A stretch of 26,556 nucleotides of DNA from Octopus sinensis (Eukaryota): NCBI RefSeq assembly GCF_006345805.1, contig NW_021836079.1:1-26556 (forward strand), in the 5' to 3' direction. Below are positions 1-11,828 of this stretch, piece by piece. The position numbers were made by a program, and so were the translations under genes. The notes below the pieces were generated by a model, which worked only from the letters and a program-made list of their open reading frames with translations, was not told where the DNA came from and did not search any database. Every line of letters begins with the position of its first letter. Within the stretch, counting starts at the first letter, position 1.

Positions 1-252
1 TTTATAAGCCATTTAAGAAACACACAAAAACCGTTAGATTCACTGCAACATTTAAACTTAATTTGTCAAAATATTTTCGTCGCTTTGAGACCCGCGACCT
101 GTTCACTGACAAACTTCGTGCTGCATCACGAATTTTGTCAGGGAACAGGTCGCGGTCTCAAAGCGACGAAAATTTGACAAATAAATTTAAATATTGAAGT
201 GAATCTAACGGTTTTTGTGTTTCTTAATGGCTTATAAACACCTTCCACGCTG
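1..252. mobile_element. Hairpin-type MITE (non-autonomous DNA transposon), left end probably outside the window
   Basis: Bases 1-120 are a near-perfect reverse complement of 127-238 (tttataagccat...gacaaacttcgtg / cacgaattttgtc...atggcttataaa), with a 6-nt loop ctgcat at 121-126. No coding capacity. The right arm probably continues to about 252, but its partner would lie upstream of base 1. Confidence 0.75.
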
Positions 253-369
253 CAATTATTTTGAAAATTGTCCCGTTTATAAATGTTTCAAAGTGGTTTC
301 CTTGCATGCATGTCCTGCAGTCAAATGAATGAAACATGTGTGCACGCGCGTGGTGTGTGCTCGCGTAGT

Positions 370-440
370 GTGCGCGCGTGTGTATGTATGCTGTGTATGT
401 GTCTGTGTCTGTGTGTGTGTGTGTGCTGTGTATGTGTTTG
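370..440. repeat. (TG)n compound microsatellite
   Basis: Direct reading; explains the VC/HT-rich ORFs at 224-581. Confidence 0.9.
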
Positions 441-929
441 CATGTACGTTTGCATGCATCTATGTGTGTATTGCGTGGAATTGGTGGCATGCAGACAGCC
501 AGGTTTGCTTCTGTGTGCTCAGGAAGGCTCAGGAAATGTACTTGGAGAAGAAAGCGTACCTTGAGAGTATCTTTTAAGTAGAAATATCTTGAAAGAATTC
601 TTATAAAAACCAGTGATTTAAATATATTCTAGTTCCTGTAACCTTATTTGCTACTAACTGTTTTACGTTGAATGCATCTAGAATTGAATATGTGATGGAC
701 AAGTGTATACCATTATAATTTAATGATATATAGAGGTCATATTAATGAGACGGTTACAATCTGAGATGAAGTGGACATTATCACCATAAGCATATTATTA
801 ATCTAAGGTCAAATGTGTTAGCGGTGAGAGCGAGGAGAAAGGTATTACTATTATGTTAAGTGGTTACTTGAAGGAAGAAATAGAAAGAGAGAGAAAGATA
901 GAGAGAGAGAGAGAAGGAATCTGTTACAT

Positions 930-962
<33 letters not shown>

Positions 963-1228
963 ATATATATTTATAATATATATATTTAATATATATATCG
1001 AATTTATTTCAATTGAATTTAAACTTAATTGTAATTCGAATTTAATTGTAGCCCTGAAACGTACGTAGTTTTTTTTACTTATTATATATTGATTATTCAT
1101 TTTTATACTTTTTGAGATCTATTTATATGTTTTATAAAAATATAGATTATTTGATTTTTTTATGTTTTGGTTTATGTCTATCACTGTTTAAGTTGCATAA
1201 TAGCGGTTTTATCATCTCTAATTTATAT

Positions 1229-1322
<94 letters not shown>

Positions 1323-1340
1323 TATATATATATATATATA
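930..1340. repeat. (TA)n microsatellite tracts (about 930-1000 and 1230-1340)
   Basis: Direct reading. Confidence 0.9.
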
Positions 1341-1712
1341 GGCGCAGGAGTGGCTGTTTGGTAAGTAGCTTGCTAACCAACCACCTGTTCCGGGTTCATT
1401 CCCACTGCTATAGCCCCGGGCCGACCAATGCCTTGTGAGTGGATTTGGTAGACGGAAACTGAAAGAAGCTGTCGTATATATGTATATATATATAAGTGTG
1501 TGTGAATATGTTTGTGTGTCTGTGTTTGTTCCCCTAGCATTGCTTGACAACCGATGCTGGTGTGTTACGGGTCGGTCCCCGTCACTTAGCGTTCGGCAAA
1601 AGACCGATAGAATAAGTACTACTGGGCTTACAAAGAATAAGTCCCGGGGTGCTCCAGCATGGCCGCAGTCAAATGACTGTAACAAGTAAAAAGAGTAAAA
1701 AGAGTAAAGAGT
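1341..1712 (+). mobile_element. tRNA-derived SINE, family A (octopus OK/OR-type), with two internal deletions
   Basis: Head ggcgcaggagtggctgtttggtaag...ggttcattccc (A/B-box-like), internal (TA/TG)n, tail ...ccgatagaataagtact...aacaagtaaaaagagtaaaaaga. Homologous to copies at 3304, 9017 and 21013. Confidence 0.85.
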
Positions 1713-1785
1713 ATTATATATATATATAATATATATATATATTTCAGGCCTTTTGCCTACAGTAGTTAGAATTATATTTACTAGG

Positions 1786-1990
1786 TTAAGGTGGCAAACT
1801 GGCGGAATCGTTAGCACGGCAGAAGAAAAAATAACACATTCTGTACTGCTTTATATACTAAGTTCAAATTCTGCCGAGGTCGATTTCGCCTTTCGAACAT
1901 TCGGGATCAATGAAATAAGTTCCAGTTGAGCACTAGGGTCCATATACTCAAGTAGCCCTCTCCACCAAAATATCACAACTTGTATCGAGA
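1786..1990 (+). mobile_element. SINE family B, diverged copy
   Basis: ggtggcaaactggcggaatcgttagc...agttcaaattctgccgaggtcgatttcgccttt...aaataagttccagttgagcactagggtc matches the better copies at 19855 and 25185. Confidence 0.75.
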
Positions 1991-2499
1991 GCAGAACCGA
2001 TTATTTTACCCGAAGTATTATTCTCTAACAAACAATAACGAATTTCAAATAAGAAACAGAGACTTTCTGTTTTATGCAGGCTACACGACAATAATAATAG
2101 GTTATGTACACATCGAAAAAAATATTCTAGATAATGCAAGATGTCAATTGAATTAACATGGTAAAACTATTTCGTATTTTATCTCTAGTTATTATTATAG
2201 TATACGTTTTGTGTATATGTATGTGTTTAATTACCATATTATAATTCAACTTATAATATGCCTTTGTAATGTCATTTTGCCTACGTCTAGACAAGTTTTT
2301 ATACGGATTTGTTTTCTTTTACTGCTGTGATATCGTTTCGCTTCTACAGTTTCTTATTTCTGATGTTTTTTCTTTTCTTCCACTAATTAAAACATGTTCA
2401 AAATTGATGTGCTAAGTAAATCTGTATTGTATTTTCTTAAATATCGTTTTTCATTGCATTATATTTTTTTCAGTTTAGAGGAATTATTTCAACTATGTT

Positions 2500-2627
2500 T
2501 TTTATATATATATATATTATATACAAACATATATATACATATATATATATTATATACACATATATGTATATATATATATGTATATATGTATATATTATAC
2601 ATATATAAATATGCATATACGTAAAGT

Positions 2628-2658
<31 letters not shown>

Positions 2659-2724
2659 CATATATATAAAGTTATAATATATATATATGTGTGTGTGTAT
2701 AATATAACATATGTATTTCTATAT

Positions 2725-2795
<71 letters not shown>

Positions 2796-2870
2796 TACAT
2801 ATATATGTATATAATACATATTGTTGTTATGTATGTATGTATGTACATGTATGTGTATGTGAGTGAAATT
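2500..2870. repeat. (TA)n/(TATG)n compound microsatellite region
   Basis: Direct reading. Confidence 0.85.
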
Positions 2871-3303
2871 ATTTTTAAAATCGTATTATCGTTTTCTGAG
2901 ATTTTAATTGGCTTCAATTTGTATAATTTTCACACATGCGTAAATCTCTAACTTACACAATTTTCTGTTGTTACTTCTCTTTCAACGTCTTTACTTCAAT
3001 TCCAGAAATATTCAAATTTAATGTGATTTTCTTTTTCTTTCTTTTTTTTTTCAGCCACTTTTCATCACTACTGTATTTAAAAAGAAAAGTTCTGTCGAAT
3101 TTTTTTCCATATTATAAATTCTTAAACCATTTCCTTCAAGCTTAGTATGTGAGTGTATGTAAGTGTGTGTGTATGTGTCTGTCTGCCTCTGTGTTTATGC
3201 GCATATATATATAATATATATATAGATATATATATATATATATATATAATATATATTGTATGTATGATGTATGTATGTATGTATGTATGTATGTATGTAG
3301 GCT

Positions 3304-3451
3304 AGGCTTAGGAGTGGCCGTGTGGTTAGTAGCTTGCTTACCAACAACATGGTTCCAGGTTCAGTCCCACTGCGTAACACCTTGGGCAAGTGTTTTCTAC
3401 TATAGCCTCGGGCCAACCAAATTCTTGTCAGTGGATTTGGTAGACGGAAAC

Positions 3452-3483
<32 letters not shown>

Positions 3484-3662
3484 GTGTATATGTTTGTGTG
3501 TCTGTGTTTGTCCCACCAACATCGCTTAACAACCGATGCTGGTGTGTTTACGTCCCTGTAATCTAGCGGTTCAGTAAAAGAAACCGATAGAATAAGTACT
3601 AGGCTTACAAAGAATAAGTCCTGGGGTCGATTTGCTCTAAACAGAGTAAAAGAGTTAAAGAG
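3304..3662 (+). mobile_element. SINE family A copy with internal deletions
   Basis: ggagtggccgtgtggttagtagcttgc...gttcagtcccactgc...(TATG)n...accgatagaataagtactaggcttacaaag...gagtaaaagag. Confidence 0.85.
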
Positions 3663-4035
3663 TATATATATATAAATATATATATATATATACGCACATA
3701 TATATATATGCATAAACAAAAGCATGATAATGTATATATATATATATATTTACATGCCCATAAACGTACATGTACAATGCATATGTACATGTATATATGT
3801 ATATACACATAAGCGTGCACTCACGTACCCATATACATGCACACATGTATATATATACACACACACACACATACATGCACACACACATACAAACATACAA
3901 ACACACACACTCACACACACTCACACTCACAAATGTATGTATATATATACTTATAATATATATATATATAGATATATACATACATACATACATACATACA
4001 TACATACATACATACATACATACATACATACACGT
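3663..4035. repeat. (TA)n/(CA)n/(TACA)n compound microsatellite
   Basis: Direct reading. Confidence 0.85.
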
Positions 4036-4408
4036 ACACAGATTTTGCCTGTAAAACTCTTTGAACGACACATGCGTTTATGAAACTCATGTTTTATTTT
4101 CTTTCTTTCAACTCAATCACATGATGACATGGCCAAACTGAAGTATAACAACTTCCTGCATGTCAAATTCTGCCAGATGGAATGCTGCTGCCATTACTGC
4201 AAAAGACAAGAAAACGAATTTCGTTTTAGACCACCCAGCACAATAGGAACCACAAAAGGACAACAACCACGAGAACAACAACACTACCAACAACAACAAC
4301 GATAATGACGGCTGATATTTAAAAATAAAAAAATTCGTGACAAGCTTTCTAGAAATCTCCGTCTCTCACACACACCTCCTTCTTTCTCTTTTTCTCTGTC
4401 TATCACTT

Positions 4409-4411
<3 letters not shown>

Positions 4412-4465
<54 letters not shown>
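4412..4465. repeat. (CT)n microsatellite
   Basis: Pure CT run. Confidence 0.95.
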
Positions 4466-4467
<2 letters not shown>

Positions 4468-4639
4468 ATTCAAGAAATCACCGTCGTTACCTTTCAACAT
4501 TTGCTTTGTCGTGTTTATTGTGTACCATCATGACCAATCTTGTAATGTAGTCAAGTTATTCGTTTCAACCCTGTCAGCACTGTCCGTGTGGACCTATGAT
4601 CACCTGTCTTACTGTATCAGCTTAATATCAATCTAGCCA

Positions 4640-4900
4640 TCCAACCGTCCATATTCTCCGCTCATCATTCCCGAGGGGGCCGTGCGTGAAATATCCTCAG
4701 ACACTTCCTCCATAGAGCCTTATCAAAAGCAACCGTAATTAGACGTTTAGGATGGATTCCCAGGCGTGACCAGTTGAGACTATGGATATTATTCGACCAC
4801 TTCGTTCTTGGTCTACCAATTGGTCTCCTGCTGGTTGGCCCGGCTTGAAGAATCCGTCTTGCGATACATTCTTATCACATCATCGCCGATTTCGTAACAT
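4640..4900 (-). mobile_element. 3' end fragment of an RTE-like LINE ORF
   Basis: The minus strand reads IARRILQAGPTSRRPIGRPRTKWSNNIHSLNWSRLGIHPKRLITVAFDKALWRKCLRIFHARPPRE* (stop at 4665-4667). R-P-x-GRP-x-x-x-W followed by D-x-x-x-W-R is the typical RTE-type RT C-terminus. Confidence 0.6.
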
Positions 4901-5324
4901 GAAGCCCTCTTCCGCTGCTGCCATTACGATGTCGGCTGGAGATTTTCTCTCTGCATAGAAAAGCATTCTTGGGAAGAGAAAGAATATTTTCTGATCTCCT
5001 AAGTGCAGTCACCATAAAATCATCTGCATACACTATCAGAAATAATGTTTCGAAGACTACATTATCAAGTGCACGATTGCCTTTCCTTTTGTAATTGTAT
5101 TTCTGTGAACAGATGGTTATACATTTTATTTTATTGCTGTGGAAAAATAATGAAATATTTGCAACAGTAAATATTGAGGTATTCCAAGGAAGTAGAGAAG
5201 TTTAATCTTTTCTTATCAATCATGTTATAAGATTTTCTTTGAGATTTTTAATCTAAATATGACCATTTGAGTAGGAGTAGTCTCAGAGTCTCATGTGAAA
5301 TGGAATAAACGCGTTAGGATAGGG

Positions 5325-5598
5325 TAACGGGTAAAGAACCCCTTCGGTCATGAATGGCTATTGGATTGTACCTAGAAAGTTACTCTCCGAGGCACAAGTC
5401 CAAGCAAGGTTCACTCTTCACGCCACCTATGTTACCCAAGGGAAAGGCAAAGGCCGATACAGCTTGGCACCAGTGACGTCATATATCATTTCTACAGCCG
5501 AAGGCTATAGTAGAAGACACTTGCCCAATGTGCCACGCAGTGGGACTGAACCCGGAACCATGTGGTTGGTAAGCAAGCTACTTACCACACAGCCACTC
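5325..5598 (-). mobile_element. Chimeric SINE: family A head (5501-5598) joined to a different repeat segment (about 5325-5500)
   Basis: 5501-5598 is the reverse complement of the family A head. 5325-5500 is unrelated to the family A tail and resembles another interspersed repeat (recollection, not searched). Confidence 0.6.
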
Positions 5599-5805
5599 GA
5601 TCAACTAATATCTATACTCTTCAGCAACAATCAGCGAGAACTGACTAAATCCTTAAACTTTCTATTTGGGATTAATTAAAGATTTATTTAGAGACAAGGA
5701 TTGAAATCTGAGTTTTAGTATTTCATTACAGCTTTCACTTACCTTCATAGATTTGACAGATGTTTCTGTAATCAAAAACTGCGATCTGTGAAGCGGAATA
5801 GATCT

Positions 5806-5806
<1 letters not shown>

Positions 5807-5871
<65 letters not shown>

Positions 5872-5888
5872 TGTTTGTTTGTTTGTTG
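5807..5888. repeat. (TTG)n/(CTG)n/(TTTG)n compound microsatellite
   Basis: Direct reading; a second (CTG)/(TTG) tract lies at about 6074-6122. Confidence 0.9.
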
Positions 5889-6651
5889 AGCGAAGCGGTC
5901 TTCGTCCCAGAGCTAGCAAGATCGCGCCTCTGTAATGGGAGAAGGCCGAAACGTGGTCCTTTGCTATTCGTAAGACCCGCAGACGAGCAAGCAAGTCAAC
6001 CCCCGACACCGAGAGCATCGACAGATGGATGAATGCGCATCCAGGCTCAGCGGTTGCGTAGGAAGTCGAGGATGCTGCTGCTGCTGCTGCTGCTGTTATT
6101 GATATTGTTGTTGTTGTTGTCGTCGGGTTGGGGCTGGTGGATGGTGGTGATGGGATAGCCAAGGTCAGCTCCGATTCCGCAGACCAAAGACACTCGTCAT
6201 GATTTCTCCACTTTCCTTTCTAGACTCAGTGGATTTAAAACTACATTATTGAATATATCTGTTTCTTTTTTTCAAATAACAATGTAAAAGGTTTGCTAAC
6301 TGTAACTGACTTATGTTTCCACATAGAAGTTCTCGTAAGCAGCAACATTATAAAATTAACCAGTGGTTCATTTGCTTACAATACTAAGTCCAATTTCGAT
6401 CGTAGTAAAACCTCATACCAATCTTAACTCCAAGGTCAAATGTGTCTCTTATTATTTCTACATCACTGAGAAAGAAAATAAGTATCAACTCAGAAAATAT
6501 GGAAGTTTCTGTAAAGAATTTTGTTTTTAAAAGATCCCTGGTCCCGGAGTAGAATGCGGCATATGATCTACTTGGTTATTTGTTAGGCAAAAAACAGTAT
6601 CGGCGGAGCGTTTTATATGTTCTGATGTTTATGTATATCTCTCTAAGTCAT

Positions 6652-6850
6652 GCGACGGCACATGGTGTAATTACTAGGGTGTTGATCACATAACCGTAAA
6701 ATCATGGGTTCGATTCCTGAACCTGGTTTTGATTTGAGTCTTTGAGGAAGACACCTCATTTCACATCACTTCCATCTCTGACTAGTCAGTAGTATAACTT
6801 GTAACAAATTAGCCTCCTATCCAGAGAGGAGACCCGTACTTTCAATCAGT
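6652..6850 (+). mobile_element. Old tRNA-derived SINE remnant
   Basis: A-box-like tggtgtaatta, B-box gggttcgattcc, then gagtctttgaggaagacacctcatttcac resembling a SINE central domain. No cloverleaf. Confidence 0.55.
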
Positions 6851-6929
6851 AATGGAACCGAGTTAAACTTCTGGAACCGAATTAAACTTAATTATAAAGG
6901 AGCATGTAGGCACAAGAAAGACTTCAACA

Positions 6930-7070
6930 TTTTAACTTAACGTTTTGAGTTCAAATCCTTCCGAGGTCGACTTTGCTTTCAATTTTTCCGTTATCGATAA
7001 AATAAATTCCAGTTTAGTGTTGGGTGGAATTTTAAATACCTGTGGCTTTGTGTTTGCAAAGTAATCGCCT
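6930..7070 (+). mobile_element. SINE family B remnant
   Basis: acgttttgagttcaaatccttccgaggtcgactttgctttc...cgataaaataaattccag. Confidence 0.7.
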
Positions 7071-7218
7071 ATTATATCCACGTGGGTTATATCATGTAGA
7101 AGGAGAAGAATAATTGATATAGATTATAAAGTATTATACACCAAATTATATACAGCAGAATTTGTTTCATGCACGAATCACTAGATTATTGAAGAAATAA
7201 AATGTGAAACAACATCAC

Positions 7219-7553
7219 GTCATTCATATCTAAAGATCAATTTCCTAGGATCTCAGAAGCCTGTATTTGTAAGACAGAATATCAGATAAATATAATCCCT
7301 ACATCAGAATCAAAGGAAACAACATTACGTGGTAATTCAATTTACAAAAAATAGCAGTTGAATTTCTCTCAAAAGAAAGCGATTGTAGAACAGGGGTGTC
7401 ATTCATGTCCAAAGTTCAATTTCCTATAATGCCAAAAGTTTAGAAATGCGCGGCAGAACACTTGGTAGTTATAATCTCTACATCAGAACCAAAGAAATGA
7501 CCTCTATCTGTTCATTCAATCTGCAAAAATAGCAGTTGAATTTCCCTTGAAAG
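7219..7553. repeat. Diverged direct repeat, two units, period about 179 bp
   Basis: Shared blocks gtcattcat(a/g)tc(t/c)aaag(a/t)tcaatttccta, tataatc(c/t)ctacatcagaa(t/c)caaag and aaaaatagcagttgaatttc at 7219-7375 and 7398-7553. Confidence 0.75.
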
Positions 7554-8222
7554 TAAGAGATTTTTGTTTCCGCAGTAATGTATATTATGCATTAAACCTT
7601 TAAAAAAGAAAATGGCGGATTATGGTGGATGGGATATAGTAAAACAGGGCCGAAATCGCAATCTAAGTAATGGAAACCACAAAGCATTGTGCCTGCTTGA
7701 AAGAAATCAATATTTTCAAGGTGTCAGATTAAGTACAATAGATAATACCCCCTCCACAAACACACATGCACACACACATACATACATGCACACATAACGT
7801 ATATACAAACACATACACACTACATGTGGTTATCTGATTTCATATCCAGTTGAGGTCATTTTATGTCATTAAATTTGTTTATACATTTATACTATTTTCA
7901 GCCACAAGACCGTGAGGTTATTGCTGAATGCTGGGCACTGCTTCTAACGGTTTAGCTGATTCTATCAGTCGTAGAAATTTCGGTTTGATGCATATGCTAC
8001 CAAACTCTATTTGTCGTACAGCTAATGTACAGGGCATACGTAGACTTACATTAAACAACAAAACATTTAGTTTTCTCGGTTTTATCAGGTGTAAATATAA
8101 ACACAGATATGGATACATAAGTTAATGAAACTAAAATAAAATAATAAAAAAACAATGGTATTAACAGCATGAATTTTGTTTGTCACACTGTTTCAAACTA
8201 TTTCCAAACGAATAGAAGATTC

Positions 8223-8253
8223 TATCATCACCATCATCATCATCACCACCATT

Positions 8254-8302
<49 letters not shown>

Positions 8303-8305
8303 CCA

Positions 8306-8347
<42 letters not shown>

Positions 8348-8360
8348 AATCATCATAATC

Positions 8361-8458
<98 letters not shown>

Positions 8459-8512
8459 CATCATCATCGTCGTCATCATCATCATCATCATCATCATATC
8501 ATAATCATCATC

Positions 8513-8544
<32 letters not shown>

Positions 8545-8564
8545 CAACATCACACCACCACCGC

Positions 8565-8597
<33 letters not shown>

Positions 8598-8660
8598 TTT
8601 CATTTTCATTTTCTTCTTCTTCTTCTTTTTCTTCTTCTTCTTCGTCGTCGTCGTCGTTAT
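8223..8660. repeat. Long (CAT)n microsatellite followed by (TTC)n/(GTC)n
   Basis: Direct reading; the source of the poly-His/Ile/Met ORFs. Confidence 0.95.
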
Positions 8661-9016
8661 TGTTTAGCATGTGACGTTTTCAAGCTTGCTTGGTTCAAAC
8701 GGAACCTGTTAAGGCAGATCTTTCTACGTCCGGATACCCGTCTTCCTGTCGCCATCCATCAACTGCTTCTATGCAAGTTAATATTTTCTTATGGCCAGAC
8801 ATGTTTTCCAAGAAAGACTGAAAACGAATACGCAGCCTTCATATCTAAAAAAAACTGCAAACTGCAATATTCATATTGGAGTATATAAAGACCTTTAGAA
8901 GTCAATTCGCTTTTCGATTACATCTTCAAGAGGAGTTACAAACCTCAGCACTATAAACCAACAACACACGCGCCATTCATTACGGTGGTACTGTAACTGC
9001 CGCTGAAAGGTGTATA

Positions 9017-9420
9017 GGCGCAGGAGTGGCTGTGTGGTAAGTAGCTTGCTAACCAGCCACATGGTTCCGGGTTCAGTCCCACTGCGTGGCATCTTGGGCA
9101 AGTGTCTTCTGCTATAGCCCCGGGCCGACCAATGCCTTGTGAGTGGATTTGGTAGACGGAAACTGAAAGAAGCCTGTCGTATATATGTATATATATGTAT
9201 GTGTGATTGTGTTTGTGTGTGTGTGTTTGTCCCCCTAGCATTGCTTGACAACCGATGCTGGTGTGTTTACGTCCCTGTCACTTAGCGGTTCGGCAAAAAG
9301 AGACCGATAGAATAAGTACTGGGCTTACAAAGAATAAGTCCCGGGGTCGATTTGCTCGACTAAAGGCGGTGCTCCAGCATGACAGCAGTCAAATGACTGA
9401 AACAAGTAAAAGAGTAAAAG
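9017..9420 (+). mobile_element. SINE family A, full-length copy
   Basis: Complete head (ggcgcaggagtggctgtgtggtaag...gggttcagtccc), internal (TA/TG)n, and tail ending gaaacaagtaaaagagtaaaag. Confidence 0.9.
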
Positions 9421-9594
9421 AGAGAGAGTCCAATGACACTTATTTACAACGAAGTGGACTGCATGACAATGACAGAGAAGATATACGTGATTGCCGGGCC
9501 TGTTAATATTAGCTACGCAATACCTACCCTCCCAGTCAGTTTAGATCAGAAACCATGAGAACCACTGCCTGGTATTGCATCAGGGGATTTATTA

Positions 9595-9626
<32 letters not shown>

Positions 9627-9627
<1 letters not shown>

Positions 9628-10695
9628 TATGTTTAACTTTTGCTTTATATTTGTACAAGTTGGCTCCAAGTCTCACCCAGAGACCTCAAGAGACAACAGG
9701 GTTGGAAGTTCATGTTGTTATGCCTAATGTGCCATATATTTGGGGTGTGAGGGTGTTGTACTAATGAATGTCTAAAAAAAGTTTTTTCTTTTTTTTATTT
9801 AAACCGAAAATTATGTTTGTTTTAAACCTTGAGATTACATAGAAAGTATTTTGCGTAGGATATGAGCAGTTCCCATGAGCACTATCTTTTGAATTTCTGC
9901 CATTTTGGGTTCCTGGTATCTGAGTTAGGTAGCTATCAGCCCCTTTTGCTATCATTCCCAGGGCACCTATGACAACAGGTATTGTTTTAGTCTTCAGGTT
10001 CCACATTTTGCTGATTTCTATTTCAAGATCTTTATTTGTTCAGTTTTTGGTAGGTCTTGACAGATACGTTTATATCGATTGGGACAGTCATATCAATGAG
10101 GAGGCATGTTCTTTGCTTGAAGTCTTTCAATATGATGTCTGGCATATTTGCATCTTTCTTTCTGTCAGTTTGAATGGGGAAGTTCCAGAGGAGTGAGATG
10201 TGGTCATTTCAAGCACTGGGGTGGTTTGTGTTCCACCAGTTTTTTTCATGGGGCAAATCCAGGTTTTTACAGATTACCCAGTGAAAATGTGCAGCTCTAT
10301 CGTGCCTGTTGAGATACTCTGTAGGCGCTAGTAGAAGACTGCACTTGGAGACCACATGGTCAATGGTTTCATTTTGTTGCTTGCATACACGACACGTTGG
10401 ACTGCTCTGATCTTTAATATGTTGGCCTGGTAGTTTCTTGTTGGTAGGCATTGATCTTGAGCTGCTATGATAAACCCCTCTGTTTCAGATTTTAAGCCAG
10501 AGGCCATTAGCCATTGATGGGTCAGGGCTTTGTCAACACCTGCATTATTTGCTCTCTTTGGGTATTTGCAATAGAGAGGTTTCTTGCATTTATCATTCAG
10601 AATATCTAAGGCCGCAGATTTAGCACGGGTTTTCATGCGCTTAGCTTTTTCTGTGCTTGTTTCTTGTATGTCTATCTCTAATTCCGAAAATGCTT
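9627..10695 (-). mobile_element. R4/Dong-clade non-LTR retrotransposon, 5'-truncated copy D0 (subfamily distinct from D1-D3)
   Basis: Minus-strand peptides HQWLMASGLKSETEGFIIAAQDQCLPTRNY, CRVCKQQNETIDHVV (CCHC knuckle), HDRAA..HWVIC, MWNLKTKTIPVVIGALG and TAHILRKILSM* (stop 9835-9837). About 200-nt 3' UTR; (TTA)n on both sides; frameshifted. Confidence 0.9.
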
Positions 10696-10699
10696 GTAT

Positions 10700-10708
10700 T
10701 TATTATTA

Positions 10709-10746
<38 letters not shown>

Positions 10747-10790
10747 GATTATTATTATCATTATTATTATTATTATTATTAGTTATTATA

Positions 10791-10821
<31 letters not shown>

Positions 10822-10857
10822 TATTATTATTACTATTAATTATTATTACTATTATTC
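10700..10857. repeat. (TTA)n microsatellite between Dong copies
   Basis: Direct reading. Confidence 0.95.
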
Positions 10858-11398
10858 AGTAGTTTTATTTTTATAGCGTGCTTTCACTTCACTACCGAGC
10901 GCAGCTGTGTGTGCCTTGGGTATTGCTGTGATTTGTTGTGATGCTCTGATGGTTATTGTATGCAAAGTGCTCTGCGTAGGAGTGTGTGCAGTACCTAGTA
11001 GTGCAATTTTCTGTATGTTATAGTGTTTGTAAGTCCTGGTGTTTTTGTTATGTATTGTCTGAATATTTTTTTATCATGCCTAATGCCTACTATGATAGGA
11101 ATTGTTTCTGTTTCAGGTTCCACATTCTAGTTACTCTATTTCCAGGTCTTTGTATTTTGAGAGTTTCTCCATTTCTTTTAGAGGACACGTTATCATCTGC
11201 CGGTATTGATACATCAATTAGAAAGCATTTTTTTCTTCATGTCTCTGACAACTATATCTGGTCTGTTGGCCTTAATTTTCTATCTGTGTGTATCGGCATA
11301 TCCCAGAGTATGGTTGCTTTCTCGTTTTATGTGACCTTTTTGGTGTGTGCCTATCAATTTTTCTGTTGTTTATTCCATAATGTTGGCATAGCTTGGCA
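10858..11398 (-). mobile_element. R4/Dong element 3' fragment D1 (about 540 bp)
   Basis: Closely matches 13412-13941; encodes the REL endonuclease C-terminus; truncated at ttggcatagct|tggcatta. Confidence 0.9.
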
Positions 11399-11405
11399 TT
11401 ATTAC

Positions 11406-11456
<51 letters not shown>

Positions 11457-11460
<4 letters not shown>

Positions 11461-11710
11461 TCTGCCTTTAGCGAAGGCGGAGATATGTTTTCAGTCGTGT
11501 TCGTTGTTTGGCGTGGACAAGGTATCTCAAGAACCGCCGGATGGATTGATGAAACTTTCAGGGATGTTGGTTTGGCCGTGACTGGCACGAACTAATTAGA
11601 TTTGGGGATCGCTCCATACCGGACAAGGATTCTGAATTATTTACCGTTTTTTTTATTTCATTTTTGAGAGCAGTCGAGTTCATTCTCGTTTGTGAGAGTA
11701 GTCGAGTTTA
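11457..11710 (+). mobile_element. Putative HINE/DINE-1-like (Helentron-associated) non-autonomous element, copy 1
   Basis: Terminal hairpin ctctgcctt-tagcg-aaggcggag (11460-11482), a degenerate (tttg/gtcc) tract, then gtatctcaagaaccgccggatggatt..gatgaaacttt resembling the HINE core. The family assignment is from recollection only. Confidence 0.45.
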
Positions 11711-11749
11711 TTATTATTATTATCATCATCATTATTATTATTATCATCA

Positions 11750-11828
<79 letters not shown>

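Noticed and set aside
224-4083. Many YI/HT/VC-rich ORFs
   Set aside because: Translations of (TA)n, (CA)n and (TACA)n microsatellites or SINE sequence.
4117-4299. 60-aa hydrophobic ORF resembling a secreted peptide
   Set aside because: The N-terminus derives from a (TTG)-like repeat; no homology recognised and no splice support.
5941-5960. ggccGAAACgtggtc resembling a hammerhead 3' half
   Set aside because: No matching 5' core at a suitable distance.
5662-6162. 166-aa ORF with poly-T/A/S/N runs
   Set aside because: Held open by trinucleotide repeats; no domain recognised.
6652-6725. Possible tRNA gene (A/B boxes)
   Set aside because: No acceptor stem or cloverleaf; it continues into SINE body sequence, and the same applies to the other SINE heads.
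7903-7947. HKTVRLLLNAG, ankyrin-like peptide in an alternative frame
   Set aside because: Stops four codons later; no donor and no further repeats.
8169-8504. Poly-His/poly-Ile ORF (and antisense poly-Met)
   Set aside because: (CAT)n microsatellite.
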